Source of the DNA: an uncultured Planctomycetota bacterium
GTDB lineage: Bacteria; Planctomycetota; Planctomycetia; Gemmatales; Gemmataceae
Length of the DNA stretch: 64,000 bases
Assembly: GCA_963849325.1 (NCBI GenBank)
Contig: CAWKHF010000012.1
Span: 960,001 to 1,024,000, forward strand
Reading direction: 5' to 3'
The notes beneath the pieces are model-generated. The model did not search any database. It was given only the letters and a program-made list of their open reading frames with translations, and had not been told where the DNA came from. Position numbers and translations under genes: made by a program. Of the stretch, positions 21,719 through 32,535 are shown in pieces; within the stretch, counting starts at the first letter, position 1; every line of letters starts with the position of its first letter.

Positions 21719-23002
21719 TTACTTCCTCGCCGCTGGCCGATCCAGCAGTTGCCCGCGCATCTGATAGAGATGAATCAAGGCGCGATCCATAACGCGCTCG
21801 CCGGCGCCGATCTCGGCCGGCGATACCGGCGGTTCGGTGCCATAGCCGCCCTCGCTCGTCGCCTCGATGGTCGGAAAATACTGCTGATAATCGTTGCAGT
21901 ATCCCAGGAAAAACAGATGTTCCAGCCGCGCTCGACGTTTCAGGCTCAGCGCGTGGCCGCAGAAAAACTCCCCGGAGACGCCGACGAACCCGATACGTCC
22001 GTCGAGCAGCGCCGCGGACAGATGCGGCCGCACACCTTCACGATATTCCCGCTCGTAAAAAGCGATTAAGTCCGGGAAGAACGCACGTTCGAGTGCCAAG
22101 CGAACGAGCGGGTTCGATAGATTGATACGCGGCTTGAAGGTGAAGTCTTCTTCCCGCACCTCCAGTACCGGCTTGATCGCCGCGCAGCGAATGCCTTTCG
22201 CCAACGCCAGCACTTCGCGCCCCACTTCTCGACCGAATCGATCCGCACCGCCTTCGCCCGTCGGATTCGCGGACAGATCGCCGGCCGCTCCCTGCCAGAA
22301 CAGGCACGGCGCCCCCGTCTCCTTCTCGATGAGGTCGGCCAATACGCCGGGATAGTCCGCCGAAAACCGGCGTTCGGCGGCGTCGCGCATCGTCGCATGG
22401 GCCGCGAAGTTCACGCCATGAGCGATGACCTTGCCTGCTTCGTCCTCGACGCGCAGCACCAGTAGTTCCCGATCGACAGGTTTGTCCTCGCGCCTGGAGT
22501 GACGATTGCGGTTGAGTGTCACCTGCTTCGACGCCACGCCGAGCCGCGCCGGCTTCAGCGCCTTGGCCGCGTCGAGGATGACCGCGCTCAGTTTTTGTTC
22601 GAGCTGCCGGACGTAGGAGTTTTTCGCCGACGGCCAGTTGTCCAGCTCCAGGACCGGGCCGTGATGCGTGTGCGAGGCGACGAGGAAGACGTGTTCGATG
22701 CCGGCGGCTTGGACGCGCCTGCGGATCATCGCCATCGACGCTCGGGTTGGCGCCCGGCCGAGGTCGAGGCTGACCAGGGCCATGCGTTGGCCTGCGACGG
22801 CCAGCACGAGGGCGCAGGCGCGCAGCGGATCGCGGACGCCGACACTCGGTTGGTCCTTCCGCGCCGCGTAGCCCCACATGGCGTAGCCGGTCGGCGGCGT
22901 GATGTCCGCAGAAGCGGCGCCCGCTTGCAACTCCCCCGCCCACGCCACCGGCAGCGGAAACAGTAGCACCACCGACACGCCTATTGCCATGCGATTCCTC
23001 AT
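21719..23002 (-). CDS. Neutral/alkaline ceramidase-like protein
   Basis: AGAASADITPP, DPLRACALVL, ASHTHHGP, SADYPG and QGAAGD. Confidence 0.85.
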   Translation of the reverse strand: MRNRMAIGVSVVLLFPLPVAWAGELQAGAASADITPPTGYAMWGYAARKDQPSVGVRDPLRACALVLAVAGQRMALVSLDLGRAPTRASMAMIRRRVQAAGIEHVFLVASHTHHGPVLELDNWPSAKNSYVRQLEQKLSAVILDAAKALKPARLGVASKQVTLNRNRHSRREDKPVDRELLVLRVEDEAGKVIAHGVNFAAHATMRDAAERRFSADYPGVLADLIEKETGAPCLFWQGAAGDLSANPTGEGGADRFGREVGREVLALAKGIRCAAIKPVLEVREEDFTFKPRINLSNPLVRLALERAFFPDLIAFYEREYREGVRPHLSAALLDGRIGFVGVSGEFFCGHALSLKRRARLEHLFFLGYCNDYQQYFPTIEATSEGGYGTEPPVSPAEIGAGERVMDRALIHLYQMRGQLLDRPAARK

Positions 23003-23011
23003 CTCCTCAAT

Positions 23012-23135
23012 TCACCACAAAGACACAAAGAACACAAAGAAGAAAAAGCAAATAAGATAATCGAGAACGCGAAACCTTCCCTGCCGGCTCCCCCTGTTGT
23101 CTTCTTGCTTTGTGTTCTTTGTGTCTTTGTGGTGA
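23012..23135. repeat. Inverted element built from 3 x 9-mer (CACAAAG core)
   Basis: TCACCACAAAGACACAAAGAACACAAAG ... CTTTGTGTTCTTTGTGTCTTTGTGGTGA. Confidence 0.9.
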
Positions 23136-23159
23136 CTTTTCAAGCGTGAGGAGGCCAAC

Positions 23160-23630
23160 ATGATCCGTCCGACCCGCGAAGCCGATACGCCATACCTGCT
23201 CCAGCTCACCGAGGGAACCGGCGTCTTCAAGCCCCATGAGGTCGTGGCCCTCAACGAAGTGCTGAGCGATTATCACGCCGGCGCCCACGAACAGGGACAC
23301 GTCGCCGTCACCTACGAGGACAACGGCCACGTCCTCGGCTATGCCTACTACGCGCCGGCGGCCATGACCGATCGGACCTGGTATCTGTACTGGATCGCCG
23401 TCAAGCGCGACATCCACGCCAAGGGCATCGGCGGCAAGCTTCTCCGCCACGCCGAGGATGACATCCGCGCCCACAACGGCCGGGTGCTGTTCATCGAAAC
23501 CTCGTCGCTGCCGCACTACGAACTGACGCGCAAGTTCTACCTCAAGCACGGCTACGAAGTCACCGGCGTGCTGCGCGATTACTATAGCGAGGGAGACGAC
23601 ATGGTTGTCTTCCGCAAAAAGATGACGTAG
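23160..23630 (+). CDS. GNAT family N-acetyltransferase
   Basis: WYLYWIAV...HAKGIGGKLL and RKFYLKHGY; GAGG RBS. Confidence 0.92.
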   Translation: MIRPTREADTPYLLQLTEGTGVFKPHEVVALNEVLSDYHAGAHEQGHVAVTYEDNGHVLGYAYYAPAAMTDRTWYLYWIAVKRDIHAKGIGGKLLRHAEDDIRAHNGRVLFIETSSLPHYELTRKFYLKHGYEVTGVLRDYYSEGDDMVVFRKKMT

Positions 23631-23637
23631 CCTTCGC

Positions 23638-23671
23638 GCCGCTTGCGGCTTGGCGCGAAGCCGCAAGCGGC
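23638..23671. repeat. REP-like palindrome, family D (GCCGCTTGCGGCTT...AAGCCGCAAGCGGC)
   Basis: Related copies at 27937-27984, 45667-45690 (partial) and 54200-54232 (degenerate). Confidence 0.85.
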
Positions 23672-24258
23672 CCCGGGAAAATCCGGCCCATCCCCTTGTC
23701 CGCGCCTCTACAATAGGAGCGGAACAGAACAGGCGGCTCCCTTCTTTCGTTGCTCCTCTTTGATGCCGCGCCGTGCCGCGAACCGTCGTGGCCGCGCTTG
23801 TCCCCTCGCTGAGCAGAAATGATCCAGGCGATTCGCCGTGCGTCCGCCGTGCGTTCGCCGTGTCTCTGGTAATTGGGGCAAGGAGCGGAACGGGCACAGG
23901 AAGGCAAACCGGCAGAACCTCCCTAGGCTGTGGCCTTTTTCTTATCTTGGGAGGGCCGCCTGCCGATTTACTTCTTTAGCCGAGGCGGAAGACAACCCGC
24001 CACCCCCGCCCGCGGGTTCCCGCGACGGTTCGGTGCGACGCAAAGCTTGTCTGTCCCTTTGGTATGGCCCGCCCTGTTGCGAGGCGCGCGCCTGGAAGGC
24101 GGATGCCCCGCCACCGCGCCGACCCCGCTGGGCCGGTGCCGCGCCGCTCCCCAGACCCCGGAGCCGCGCCAGGACGGGCGGGAATACTCCCCGGCCGTGC
24201 CCCCCGCGTCCGCCGGCCGGGGAGGGGACTCAGCAATAAACGTTATGGAGTGCCTGCC

Positions 24259-24837
24259 ATGAAAAAGGTTTTCACTACCGGGCAAGTCGCGAAGATCTGT
24301 AAGGTCGCGCCCCGGACGGTCAGCAAGTGGTTCGATTCCGGCCGCCTGCGCGGCTACCGCATCCCCGGCAGCCAGGATCGCCGTATCCCCCGCGAGCACC
24401 TCATCCGCTTCCTCAAAGAGCACGGCATGCCGCTGGGCGAGCTGGAGGAAGAGGGATGGCACAAAATCCTCATCATCGGCGCCGAGCAGCTGTTCATCGA
24501 ACGGCTGCAGGAACTGCTGCCCGAGGACGAAGATTACAAGTACGAGGTGGCCAACAGCGGCTTCGAGGCCGGCATCCAGGCCGAGAGCTTCCACCCCGAT
24601 ACCATCGTCGTCGATCTGGCCATGGGCCGCAGCGAGGCGCTGCAGATCGCCCAGAACCTGCGCCGCAACCCGCAGTACGAGACCACCCTCATCATCGCCC
24701 TGGCCAGCGAGGACGAGGCCAACCCCGAGGCGCTGACGCAGTACGGCTACAACGAGTCGTTCAAGAAGCCGTTCGACATCGCCCTGCTCGGCGAGCGCAT
24801 CCGCACGCTCGTCGAGGAGAAGCGCGAGAATATGTGA
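24259..24837 (+). CDS. Excisionase-like HTH plus atypical receiver-domain regulator
   Basis: VFTTGQVAKICKVAPRTVSKWFDSG HTH; receiver fold ending KKPFD, but with IIGAE in place of the acidic pair. Confidence 0.88.
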   Translation: MKKVFTTGQVAKICKVAPRTVSKWFDSGRLRGYRIPGSQDRRIPREHLIRFLKEHGMPLGELEEEGWHKILIIGAEQLFIERLQELLPEDEDYKYEVANSGFEAGIQAESFHPDTIVVDLAMGRSEALQIAQNLRRNPQYETTLIIALASEDEANPEALTQYGYNESFKKPFDIALLGERIRTLVEEKRENM

Positions 24838-24862
24838 GGTTTCGTCGCAGCCGCTGTTTTCG

Positions 24863-24920
24863 TCCGAGCCTGAAGCGTAAGCGAAGAGGATCGTTCCTTC
24901 GCTTACGCTTCAGGCTCGGA
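24863..24920. repeat. REP-like palindrome, family A
   Basis: Same arms as the copy at 11339. Confidence 0.9.
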
Positions 24921-25139
24921 GGCGTTTGGAATTCTTTCCCCTTCCGCCAACGAATCCCCTCCGCCGGTTGTTCTTCTTTCGAGGCTGTCCACCGCGATCA
25001 GACGGTTGACAGCCTGCGTCGCCCCATGTTACGGTAACGTCAACAGCTTCAGGCAAGGACCATTCGGCGACCACCCGGGGAGCTTCGCCAACGAACCTGT
25101 CCTCAGCGACCTCTCCGAGTGCCGGCGGGAGATAATTTC

Positions 25140-27921
25140 ATGCCAGTGCAGCCACCCGGCGTTTGGGGCATCGACCTCGGCCAGTGCGGCCTCAAGGCGA
25201 TCCGCCTCCAGGAGATCGACGGACAGCTCGTCGCCACCGCCTTCGACTACGTCGAGCATCCCAAGATCCTCAGCCAGCCCGACGCCGACCCCGACCAGCT
25301 CACCCGCGAGGCGCTCGACAAGTTCCTGTCGCGCAACACCCTCCGCGGCGACATCGTGGCCATCAGCGTGCCCGGCCAGAGCGGCCTGGCCCGCTTCGTC
25401 AAGCTGCCGCCCGTCGAGGAAAAGAAGATCGCCGACATCGTCCGCTTCGAGGCCAAGCAGCAGATCCCCTTCAACCTCGACGAGGTCGTCTGGGACTACC
25501 AGAAGATCGGCTCCGGCATCGTCACCGACGGCTTCGCCATGGAGACCGAGATCGGCCTGTTCGCCATGAAGCGCGACATGGTCAGCCGCTACCTGCAGCA
25601 CTTCAAGGACGTCGGCGTCGAGGTCCATCTGGTGCAGATGGCCCCGCTGGCGCTGTGCAACTTCGTCGCCTACGACCTGCTCGCCAAGGACGCCGGCCCC
25701 GACGGCGCGGAGGGCGGCGACCAGAAGCAGTGCGTCGTCGCCCTGGACATCGGCGCCGACAGCAGCAACCTGGTCATCACCGACGGCGAACGCATCATCT
25801 GGCAGCGGCCGATCCCGCTGGGCGGCAACCACTTCACCCGCGCCCTGACCAAGGACCTCAAGCTGACCTTCGCCAAGGCCGAGCACCTCAAGCGCAACGC
25901 CACCAAGTCGCCCGACCTCAAGAAGATCCTGGCCGCCCTCAAGCCGGTGCTCAACGACTTCGTCGGCGAAGTGCAGCGCTCGCTGGGCTACTTCACCAAC
26001 ACGCACCGCGACGCCCACATCGAGTACATGGTCGGCCTGGGCAACGCCTTCCGCCTGCCCGGCCTGCAGAAGTTCCTCGGCGAAAAGCTGCAGCTGGAGG
26101 TGCGCAAGCTGGGCAAGATGGAGCGCGTCGAGCGGCGACCAGGTCGTCGCCCAGCAGGTCTACACCGAGAACATCCTGACCTTCGCGGTGGCCTACGGCC
26201 TGGCCCTGCAGGGGCTCAAGCGAGCGCGGCTGCTGACCAACCTGCTGCCGCCGGAGATCCGCGTCGAACGGCTGGTGCGGGCCAAGAAGCCGTGGGCCGT
26301 GGCCGCCGCCGCCGCCCTGCTGCTGGCCGCCGGGGGACTGGCCCTGGGCTACGCCTTCGAGTTCCGCACCTACGGCGACTCGCGCGTCACCGACGCCATG
26401 AAGGCCAGCGATAGCGTTAGCGACCAGGCCAAGCGGAACGAGGACTCCTACAACGCCGTCGTCAAGAAAGCCCGAGAAGAAGAGGCTGCTGTCCGCACGA
26501 TCATCGCCGGCCAGTTTGAACGCGACAACTGGCTGCAAATGTACAAGTTCATCAACACGGCCGTCCCTCAGCCCAACGCCGAGGAGCAGCACAAGTTCTA
26601 CATCCCCGCCGAGGAGGACGGCGACGAGCCGGAAGTAGTGTCGATCCCCGACATCCCCGAGGAGTTCAAGAAGCGATACTGGCTGGATAAACCCGGTGGT
26701 CGCGGCGCCATGTCGGGCGAGCAGGCTTTCAAGGAATACAGGAAGCGACAGATTCAGGGGCCTTCCGCCAAGGACGAGGGCACGGCCGGCGGAGCAGACG
26801 AACTGGGGGCCGGCATCGAAGACCTCATCCAGTTCAACATCGAATCGGTGGATGCATTCTTCTGCGACAACCTGCAGACTTACTGGAGCCAGATCCTGGC
26901 CAGCCCGCGCGTCCGGAGCGGCGGCAAGAACATGGTCCGGCCCGAGTCGGACTTTGCCAGGTCGCCGGACGGGTCCGGCTGGATCATCGAAATCCAGGGC
27001 TACACCTACCACCGCGACGCGGAGACGTTCGTCCGCACTACGTTGCTGGAAAACTTGGCCCGGCTGGGCATCCAGAAGCCGAAAGCGGAAGCGCCGCCGG
27101 CGCCCGGCGCAGCGGCTCCCGGCGGCGCCCGGCCCGCGTCTCCCGGATTGCCTGGCACTCCGCCGGGCACGCCTGCCGCCGTGCCGGGTCAGCCTCCCCC
27201 CGCGGGAGGCGAGCCAGCCGAGGACAAAGGCCCGGTCATCAACCACATCAGCCATGTGGTCCTGTATGAATATCGACAATCTTCTCCCAAGAGGGAGTTC
27301 GAGGTGCTTGGCCGCACCACCCACAATCAGGTTCGCACCATGGCCCTGGGTGGTACGTCCACTGCGGGACCGGGTGGCATGATCGGCATGCAGGGCGGCA
27401 TGTCCGGCCCGCGGCCCCCCGAGAACCCTCCTCCCGGCATGCCATCCTCTGGACCACCGGGCGGCGGGATGATGGGTGGTCGGCCAGGTGCCACGCCGGG
27501 GACAGAACCGGCCGCGGCGGCTGGACCTAGCCGCGAGAGCTGGATCCCGCTGGGCGAGGCCGCCGCGGCCGGTTCGGGTCCGCCGGGAATGTTCCCCGGT
27601 GCTACTGGCCGCGATCGAACACCGTCCCGAATGCCTCCCGGCCGTCCGGGGACGACGCCGGGCATGCCGATGGGCCGCGATGGGCGGAACCCGCCGCCCG
27701 CCGAGCTGGAGGCTGGTCCGAAGCGAACCGAGTTCGTCATTCTGTTGGTCTGGAAGGAGCCGACGCCTTCCGACGCCCTGCGCGGGCAGGCGGCCGCCGC
27801 GGGTACCCCTGGAGGCCCGACGGCCGGCGCCGCCTCTGCCAACCCGACGCCGCAGCCACCCCCTGGTCGCGGTCGCGGCGGTCGCAGCAAGCGTGGCGGT
27901 CGCGGCAAGCGTGGCGGGTAA
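25140..27921 (+). CDS. pilM: Type IV pilus assembly protein PilM with a fused membrane-anchored (PilN-like) extension; frameshift near 26135
   Basis: Actin-like fold WGIDLGQCGLKA, RFEAKQQIPF, LDIGA, GGNHFT, EVQRSLGYF; then TNLLP and a TM segment. Confidence 0.9.
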
Positions 27922-27936
27922 GAACCGATCATGGAA

Positions 27937-27984
27937 GCCGCTTGCGGCTTAGCGTTGGCCACGACCCGCTAAGCCGCAAGCGGC
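27937..27984. repeat. REP-like palindrome, family D
   Basis: GCCGCTTGCGGCTTAGCG...CGCTAAGCCGCAAGCGGC. Confidence 0.88.
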
Positions 27985-28033
27985 CCTGGATACGAAGCGA
28001 ATTCCTTCAATCACCCCGCCAAGGGGAGCGGAC

Positions 28034-30036
28034 ATGAAACTCGATAAAGAAACCTTCGTCAAGCACCAGTTCTGGTTCCTACTGGGCGGCTATCTGCTGA
28101 TCTGGCTCATCGCCGTCTTCACGCTCAAGTTCGCCGCCGCCGAGCCGATTGAGAACGCCGAGAAGGCGTACAAGGCTTCCAAGACGAAGCTCGACAGCGC
28201 CAAGCGAAGTCCCAAAAATCCCAAGACGTTCAATCCTCCGTGGGAGGAATACGGCACGGTCTTTAACAAGCACAAGCAAGTCATCTGGGGCAAGGCCTGG
28301 GAACTCCAGAAGGGCATGTACGATTGGCCGTTCTCGTTCGACGTGGAGACGCCGCAGACGGAGATCTCCCAGGACGACCGCGAGAAATACAAACGCGAAC
28401 TCTACCCCGAGGAGGTCAAAAAGCTGCAAGACGCCATTCCCGAGCTGCTCGGCCCGGTGGAGTTGGCCGGCGGCTTCCAGGCGGTCTTCAAGCCGCAAAA
28501 ATGGGAGAAGGACCAGACCCCGTCGCGCGAAGAGTGCTGGCTGACCCAGGAAGATTTCTGGGTCAAGCGCGAGCTGCTCGTCGTCGTCAGCGACACCGTC
28601 GCGCGGGAGGCGTACATGTTCCTGGACAAGATCGACAAGGAGAAAGAGCCTCAGCCCGAAGACGTGGTCGCCCGCTACCGCTATCGCAATCAGGACTGGG
28701 AGATTACCCTTCTGATCAAGGAGAGCAAGGACAAGGACAAGAAGGGTCTGGTCATCAGCCGGGACAGCACCATCAAGAATGTTCATCCCGGCGGCCGCGT
28801 GCAGCGGATGGCCAGCGCCAAGGGCGAAGGCATCGTCTTCAATGTCTACCAGGGGAAGACCTTTCAGCGCTTCGAGTTGAAGGGAGAACCGGTCCCCTTC
28901 GGGAGCGCCCCTCCATTCGGGTCCGACTACGCGCTTTCCGGCATCGAGTGGACGAACACGAAACAGCCCCCGCAGATGAGCCAGGCGTTCGACAGGTACA
29001 CCTGCCCGATCCGGCGCGTCAACGCCATCGAGATTGGCCAGCAGTCCTGTCGCACCTATACCACGGCCTTGAAGCCCAACGACACGCTGGTGCAGCTCGA
29101 CGCTCCCCCAGGTGGTTCCGGCGACAATGCCGCCAACGCGCTGCAGAAACCGGGGGGTGGGATGATGGGTGCTCCCCCCGGGGCCGTGCCCGGCATGCCG
29201 CCCGCTCCTGCGGGGGGCACTGCCGCCACGGCGCCGGGCGGCATGCGCGGCGGACCTTCCAACGCTCCTCCGGGCATGACTCCCGGCGGCATGATGGGCA
29301 TGAGAGGCGGCCCGGTCGGGCCGCCGCCCAACCCGACGCCCAACAACGAGATTGATCGCAATCGCTACTTGCAGCCGCCCAAGGAAGGCAACGAGGTCGA
29401 AAAGCCCAGCCGCCATCTGCCGCTGGCCTTGCAGCTCGTCGTCGATCAGGCCAACATGCACGACGTCCTCCTGGCGATGGCCAATTCGCGTTTGCGCATC
29501 CAGATCACCCAGGTGGAGTTCCATCGTCTGCGCGACGGACTGTCGCCGGCGGATGGCGACAAAAACGGCGTCATGTTGCGCACCGGCGCGGTCTACATGC
29601 CGCCCGGCATGGACCAGATGTACCGCCGCAGCCCGCGCGGGATGGGAATGCCGCCGGGACAGACGCCGCCCGGCATGACGATGGGTCGCATGGCCACGAC
29701 GATGCCCGGCATGAACTACATGGGCGGGGCGGGCGGCATGCCGCCGCCTGGCCGTGGCGGCCGACCCGCGCCGCCCCCGAACATCGTGGCCCCCTCCGGC
29801 ATGGGCCGACCGAACCCGAGGGGGCCGCGCCACCGGACCCCAATGATCCCAATGCGAAAACAACGACGATCCAGGGACCGGACGACGACAACCTGGTGGA
29901 GATGACTGTCTACGGCATCGCCACCCTCTATCGGCGTCCCGATCCGCCGCCAACACAGGAACAGGCCGGTCAGCCGGGACAGCCCCCGCAACCGGGCCCG
30001 GCGATCCCGGCGCCTCCGCCCAACGCTCCGCGTTAA
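28034..30036 (+). CDS. Membrane-anchored protein of the pilM operon (PilO position), Met/Gly/Pro-rich; frameshift near 29850
   Basis: N-terminal TM (KHQFWFLLG); globular motifs WLTQEDFWV, LLAMANSRLRIQI and VEMTVYGIATLY; follows pilM. Confidence 0.7.
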
Positions 30037-30116
30037 TGGGCGGGCGTGTTTCTTCCGAACTCGACAGCCGCATCGGCCGGCGAATAACCGGCCGGCTTGG
30101 ATAAAGGACGGTTGCC

Positions 30117-32309
30117 ATGAATCTCAAAGAATTCGACGCCAAGCAGTTCATGCTGGAAAAGGGCGAACGGGTCGGCCTGGGCGTCGCCCTGACGCTGATG
30201 GTCCTGATGCTGATTTTCAGTCTCTTCATGCCGTCGGGCGGCCTGTTCAGCCCCAGCCCGGTGAAGAATGCCGCCGTCCTGAAAGAAGGCTCCGATCAAC
30301 TGCAAACCGCGCTCAACACGGCCCAGCCGGGTCCCAACGACAAGCCCGGCACCAGCGAAGGCAAGCTGATCGACCTGGACACCCGGGCTCTCGCTTCCGA
30401 GACCTACGAGCTAGGCGGGTGGTTTGAATCGACGCGCTCCGGCGAACAGGGTCGGCGCCCGCCGACGATCCTGAATGTCGATCAGGCCGTCGCCGTGGCC
30501 GCCCACATCCCCGTCGATGGCTATCTTTTCACGAGCAATTTCAAGCGGATCACGATCCTCAAGGATCCGGAGCGGGGCAACCGAAACACCTCTCCCGGCC
30601 CGGGCCGAGGTAGCTCTTCGATGTCCCGGATGTACCAGGGGGCCTCGGCGGGCAACCCGAGACAGAGGGGCCGGTTCAGCAGCAACGCCGGACAAATTCA
30701 GGGGGCCGAAGAAAAGCCCGAATACATCGCCCAAACGGTCGATCTGGAAAAGCTCGATCCCTCGGCCCACCTGGCCCGGCAGCTTCGGCCGGCGCGCATG
30801 GCCATCATCGCCGGCAGTTTCCCCCTCAAGGCCCAGGTGGAGGAATTCAAGAGCAAGCTGCGCCTCTCCTCGCTCCAGGACGTTTTTTACGACACGGTGG
30901 AGGAGAACAAGGACAACAAGTTGAATTCCTTCCGCTTCCTGGGCGTGCAGGTCCAGCGTCAGGAGCTGGACGCCCACGACAAGGTGGTGAGCGACTGGAG
31001 CGACCTGAACCTGTCCGACTCCTACAAGATCTGGCTGCTCTATAGCGGCCTGCCGTTCGAGGTAGACGATCCCAAGTACGCTCCGATCGAGTGGAACGGC
31101 CTGGTAATGCCGCTCTTGCGTGAATTCCACGAAGAGAGTCCGCAGAATGCGATGGCCATGATGGGAGGGCCGCCCATGTCCCCCGGCGGCCGGTCGCCCG
31201 CGCCGCAGGAAGCGCCGCGCAAGGAGGGCGAGTCGAAGTATCCCGACCTCGCCGGCCAGGTGCCGAACCTGAAAACGACGCTCGCCGCCCTGGCCGACGC
31301 CGGTCCCAAGTCGGTCGCCGCGCCGCCGTCGCAGTTCCAGACCAAGGACTTCGACCCCTTCAATCCGACTCCTCCCGCCGCCGAGGACGCGAACAATCCG
31401 ATGCCCAGCCGACCGCCGACCACTGGCCCCGGCGACAACGCCCCGGAAATGACCATCCCCGAACACTGCCTGGTGCGGCTAGTCGATGTCACGATCGAGC
31501 CGGGCAAGTTCTACCGCTATCGCTTCAAGGTCAAGATGGCCAATCCCAACTACAACAATCCCAACGTGGCCTCGCCCGCCTACAAGACCGCCAAGGAGCT
31601 AGCGTCGGAGAAGTGGTACGAGTTGCCGCAGACGGTTCGCGTGCCGACCGAACGGTTCTACTACGTCGTGGACCAGAAGGTGCTCAGTCCCAAGGAGAAG
31701 GTGGCGCGGGAAAGCCCGCTGAACAGCATCTGGTACGCCCGACCCGACCTCGATCGGCAGGCGGTCTTCCAGTTCCATCGCTGGATCGAATCGACGCCGA
31801 TCATTCCCGACGGCGAACCGGTGCCGATCGGCGACTGGGCCATCGCCGACCGTGTCTTCGTCGCTCGCGGCGAGTACGTCGGCCAGACCGTGAAGGTGGA
31901 CCTGCCGGTCTGGAAGTATACGCAGGACTCGTTCGTCATCCCGACCGAGGACCAGCGCAAGCGCGTCCGCGGCAAAGTCCCGACCGGCGTCCACGTTAAC
32001 TTCGGCGCGGACAATCCGGATAGCGAAACGATCCTGGTGGACTTCGAGGGCGGCCTTCGACAGTACGAGCCGGGCGTCGCGGGGGCCGAAGGTGCGGCCA
32101 AGCCCGCCAAGATCAGTGATACCTCCGGCGTCGAGGTGCTGATGATCTCGCCCGACGGCAAGCTGCTGGCGCGCAACAGCGCCACCGACAGCGGCGACGA
32201 GGAACGCAAGGGCCGTCGAGAGTCCGTGCGCCAGCGCATCGAGCAGGTTAAGTCCGGGAAAGCCGGCGGCCCCGCCGGCGGAGCCGGCGGACTCGACGTT
32301 CCGCGCTGA
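30117..32309 (+). CDS. Membrane-anchored hypothetical protein of the pilM operon
   Basis: Intact 730 aa ORF with N-terminal TM and a 'DVTIEPGKFYRYRFKV..NPN' fibronectin-like strand motif. Confidence 0.75.
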   Translation: MNLKEFDAKQFMLEKGERVGLGVALTLMVLMLIFSLFMPSGGLFSPSPVKNAAVLKEGSDQLQTALNTAQPGPNDKPGTSEGKLIDLDTRALASETYELGGWFESTRSGEQGRRPPTILNVDQAVAVAAHIPVDGYLFTSNFKRITILKDPERGNRNTSPGPGRGSSSMSRMYQGASAGNPRQRGRFSSNAGQIQGAEEKPEYIAQTVDLEKLDPSAHLARQLRPARMAIIAGSFPLKAQVEEFKSKLRLSSLQDVFYDTVEENKDNKLNSFRFLGVQVQRQELDAHDKVVSDWSDLNLSDSYKIWLLYSGLPFEVDDPKYAPIEWNGLVMPLLREFHEESPQNAMAMMGGPPMSPGGRSPAPQEAPRKEGESKYPDLAGQVPNLKTTLAALADAGPKSVAAPPSQFQTKDFDPFNPTPPAAEDANNPMPSRPPTTGPGDNAPEMTIPEHCLVRLVDVTIEPGKFYRYRFKVKMANPNYNNPNVASPAYKTAKELASEKWYELPQTVRVPTERFYYVVDQKVLSPKEKVARESPLNSIWYARPDLDRQAVFQFHRWIESTPIIPDGEPVPIGDWAIADRVFVARGEYVGQTVKVDLPVWKYTQDSFVIPTEDQRKRVRGKVPTGVHVNFGADNPDSETILVDFEGGLRQYEPGVAGAEGAAKPAKISDTSGVEVLMISPDGKLLARNSATDSGDEERKGRRESVRQRIEQVKSGKAGGPAGGAGGLDVPR

Positions 32310-32336
32310 CGACTACGGAGCGCGTCAATCTTTCTT

Positions 32337-32391
32337 TCCGAGCCTGAAGCGTAAGCGAAGAGCATCTCTTCGCTTATGCTTCAGGCTCGGA
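32337..32391. repeat. REP-like palindrome, family A
   Basis: Same arms as the copies at 11339 and 24863. Confidence 0.9.
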
Positions 32392-32535
32392 GGCGTTTTG
32401 TCTGCAAGCGTCCTCCGGGACAATCGTCTCGACTTTTCCCCACCGATTGATTACGAGTGCGCTCCCGGAACATTCCTCGCGATGGCGATGCGCTTCGGAC
32501 GCCGTGGCCTGGGGGAACGAAAGGGGATCTCGGCG

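Noticed and set aside
23900..24050. c-di-GMP-I riboswitch (GGCAAACC ... GACGCAAAGC)
   Set aside because: The two motifs are ~130 nt apart, and I could not build the P2 GNRA hairpin or the P1/P3 pairing.
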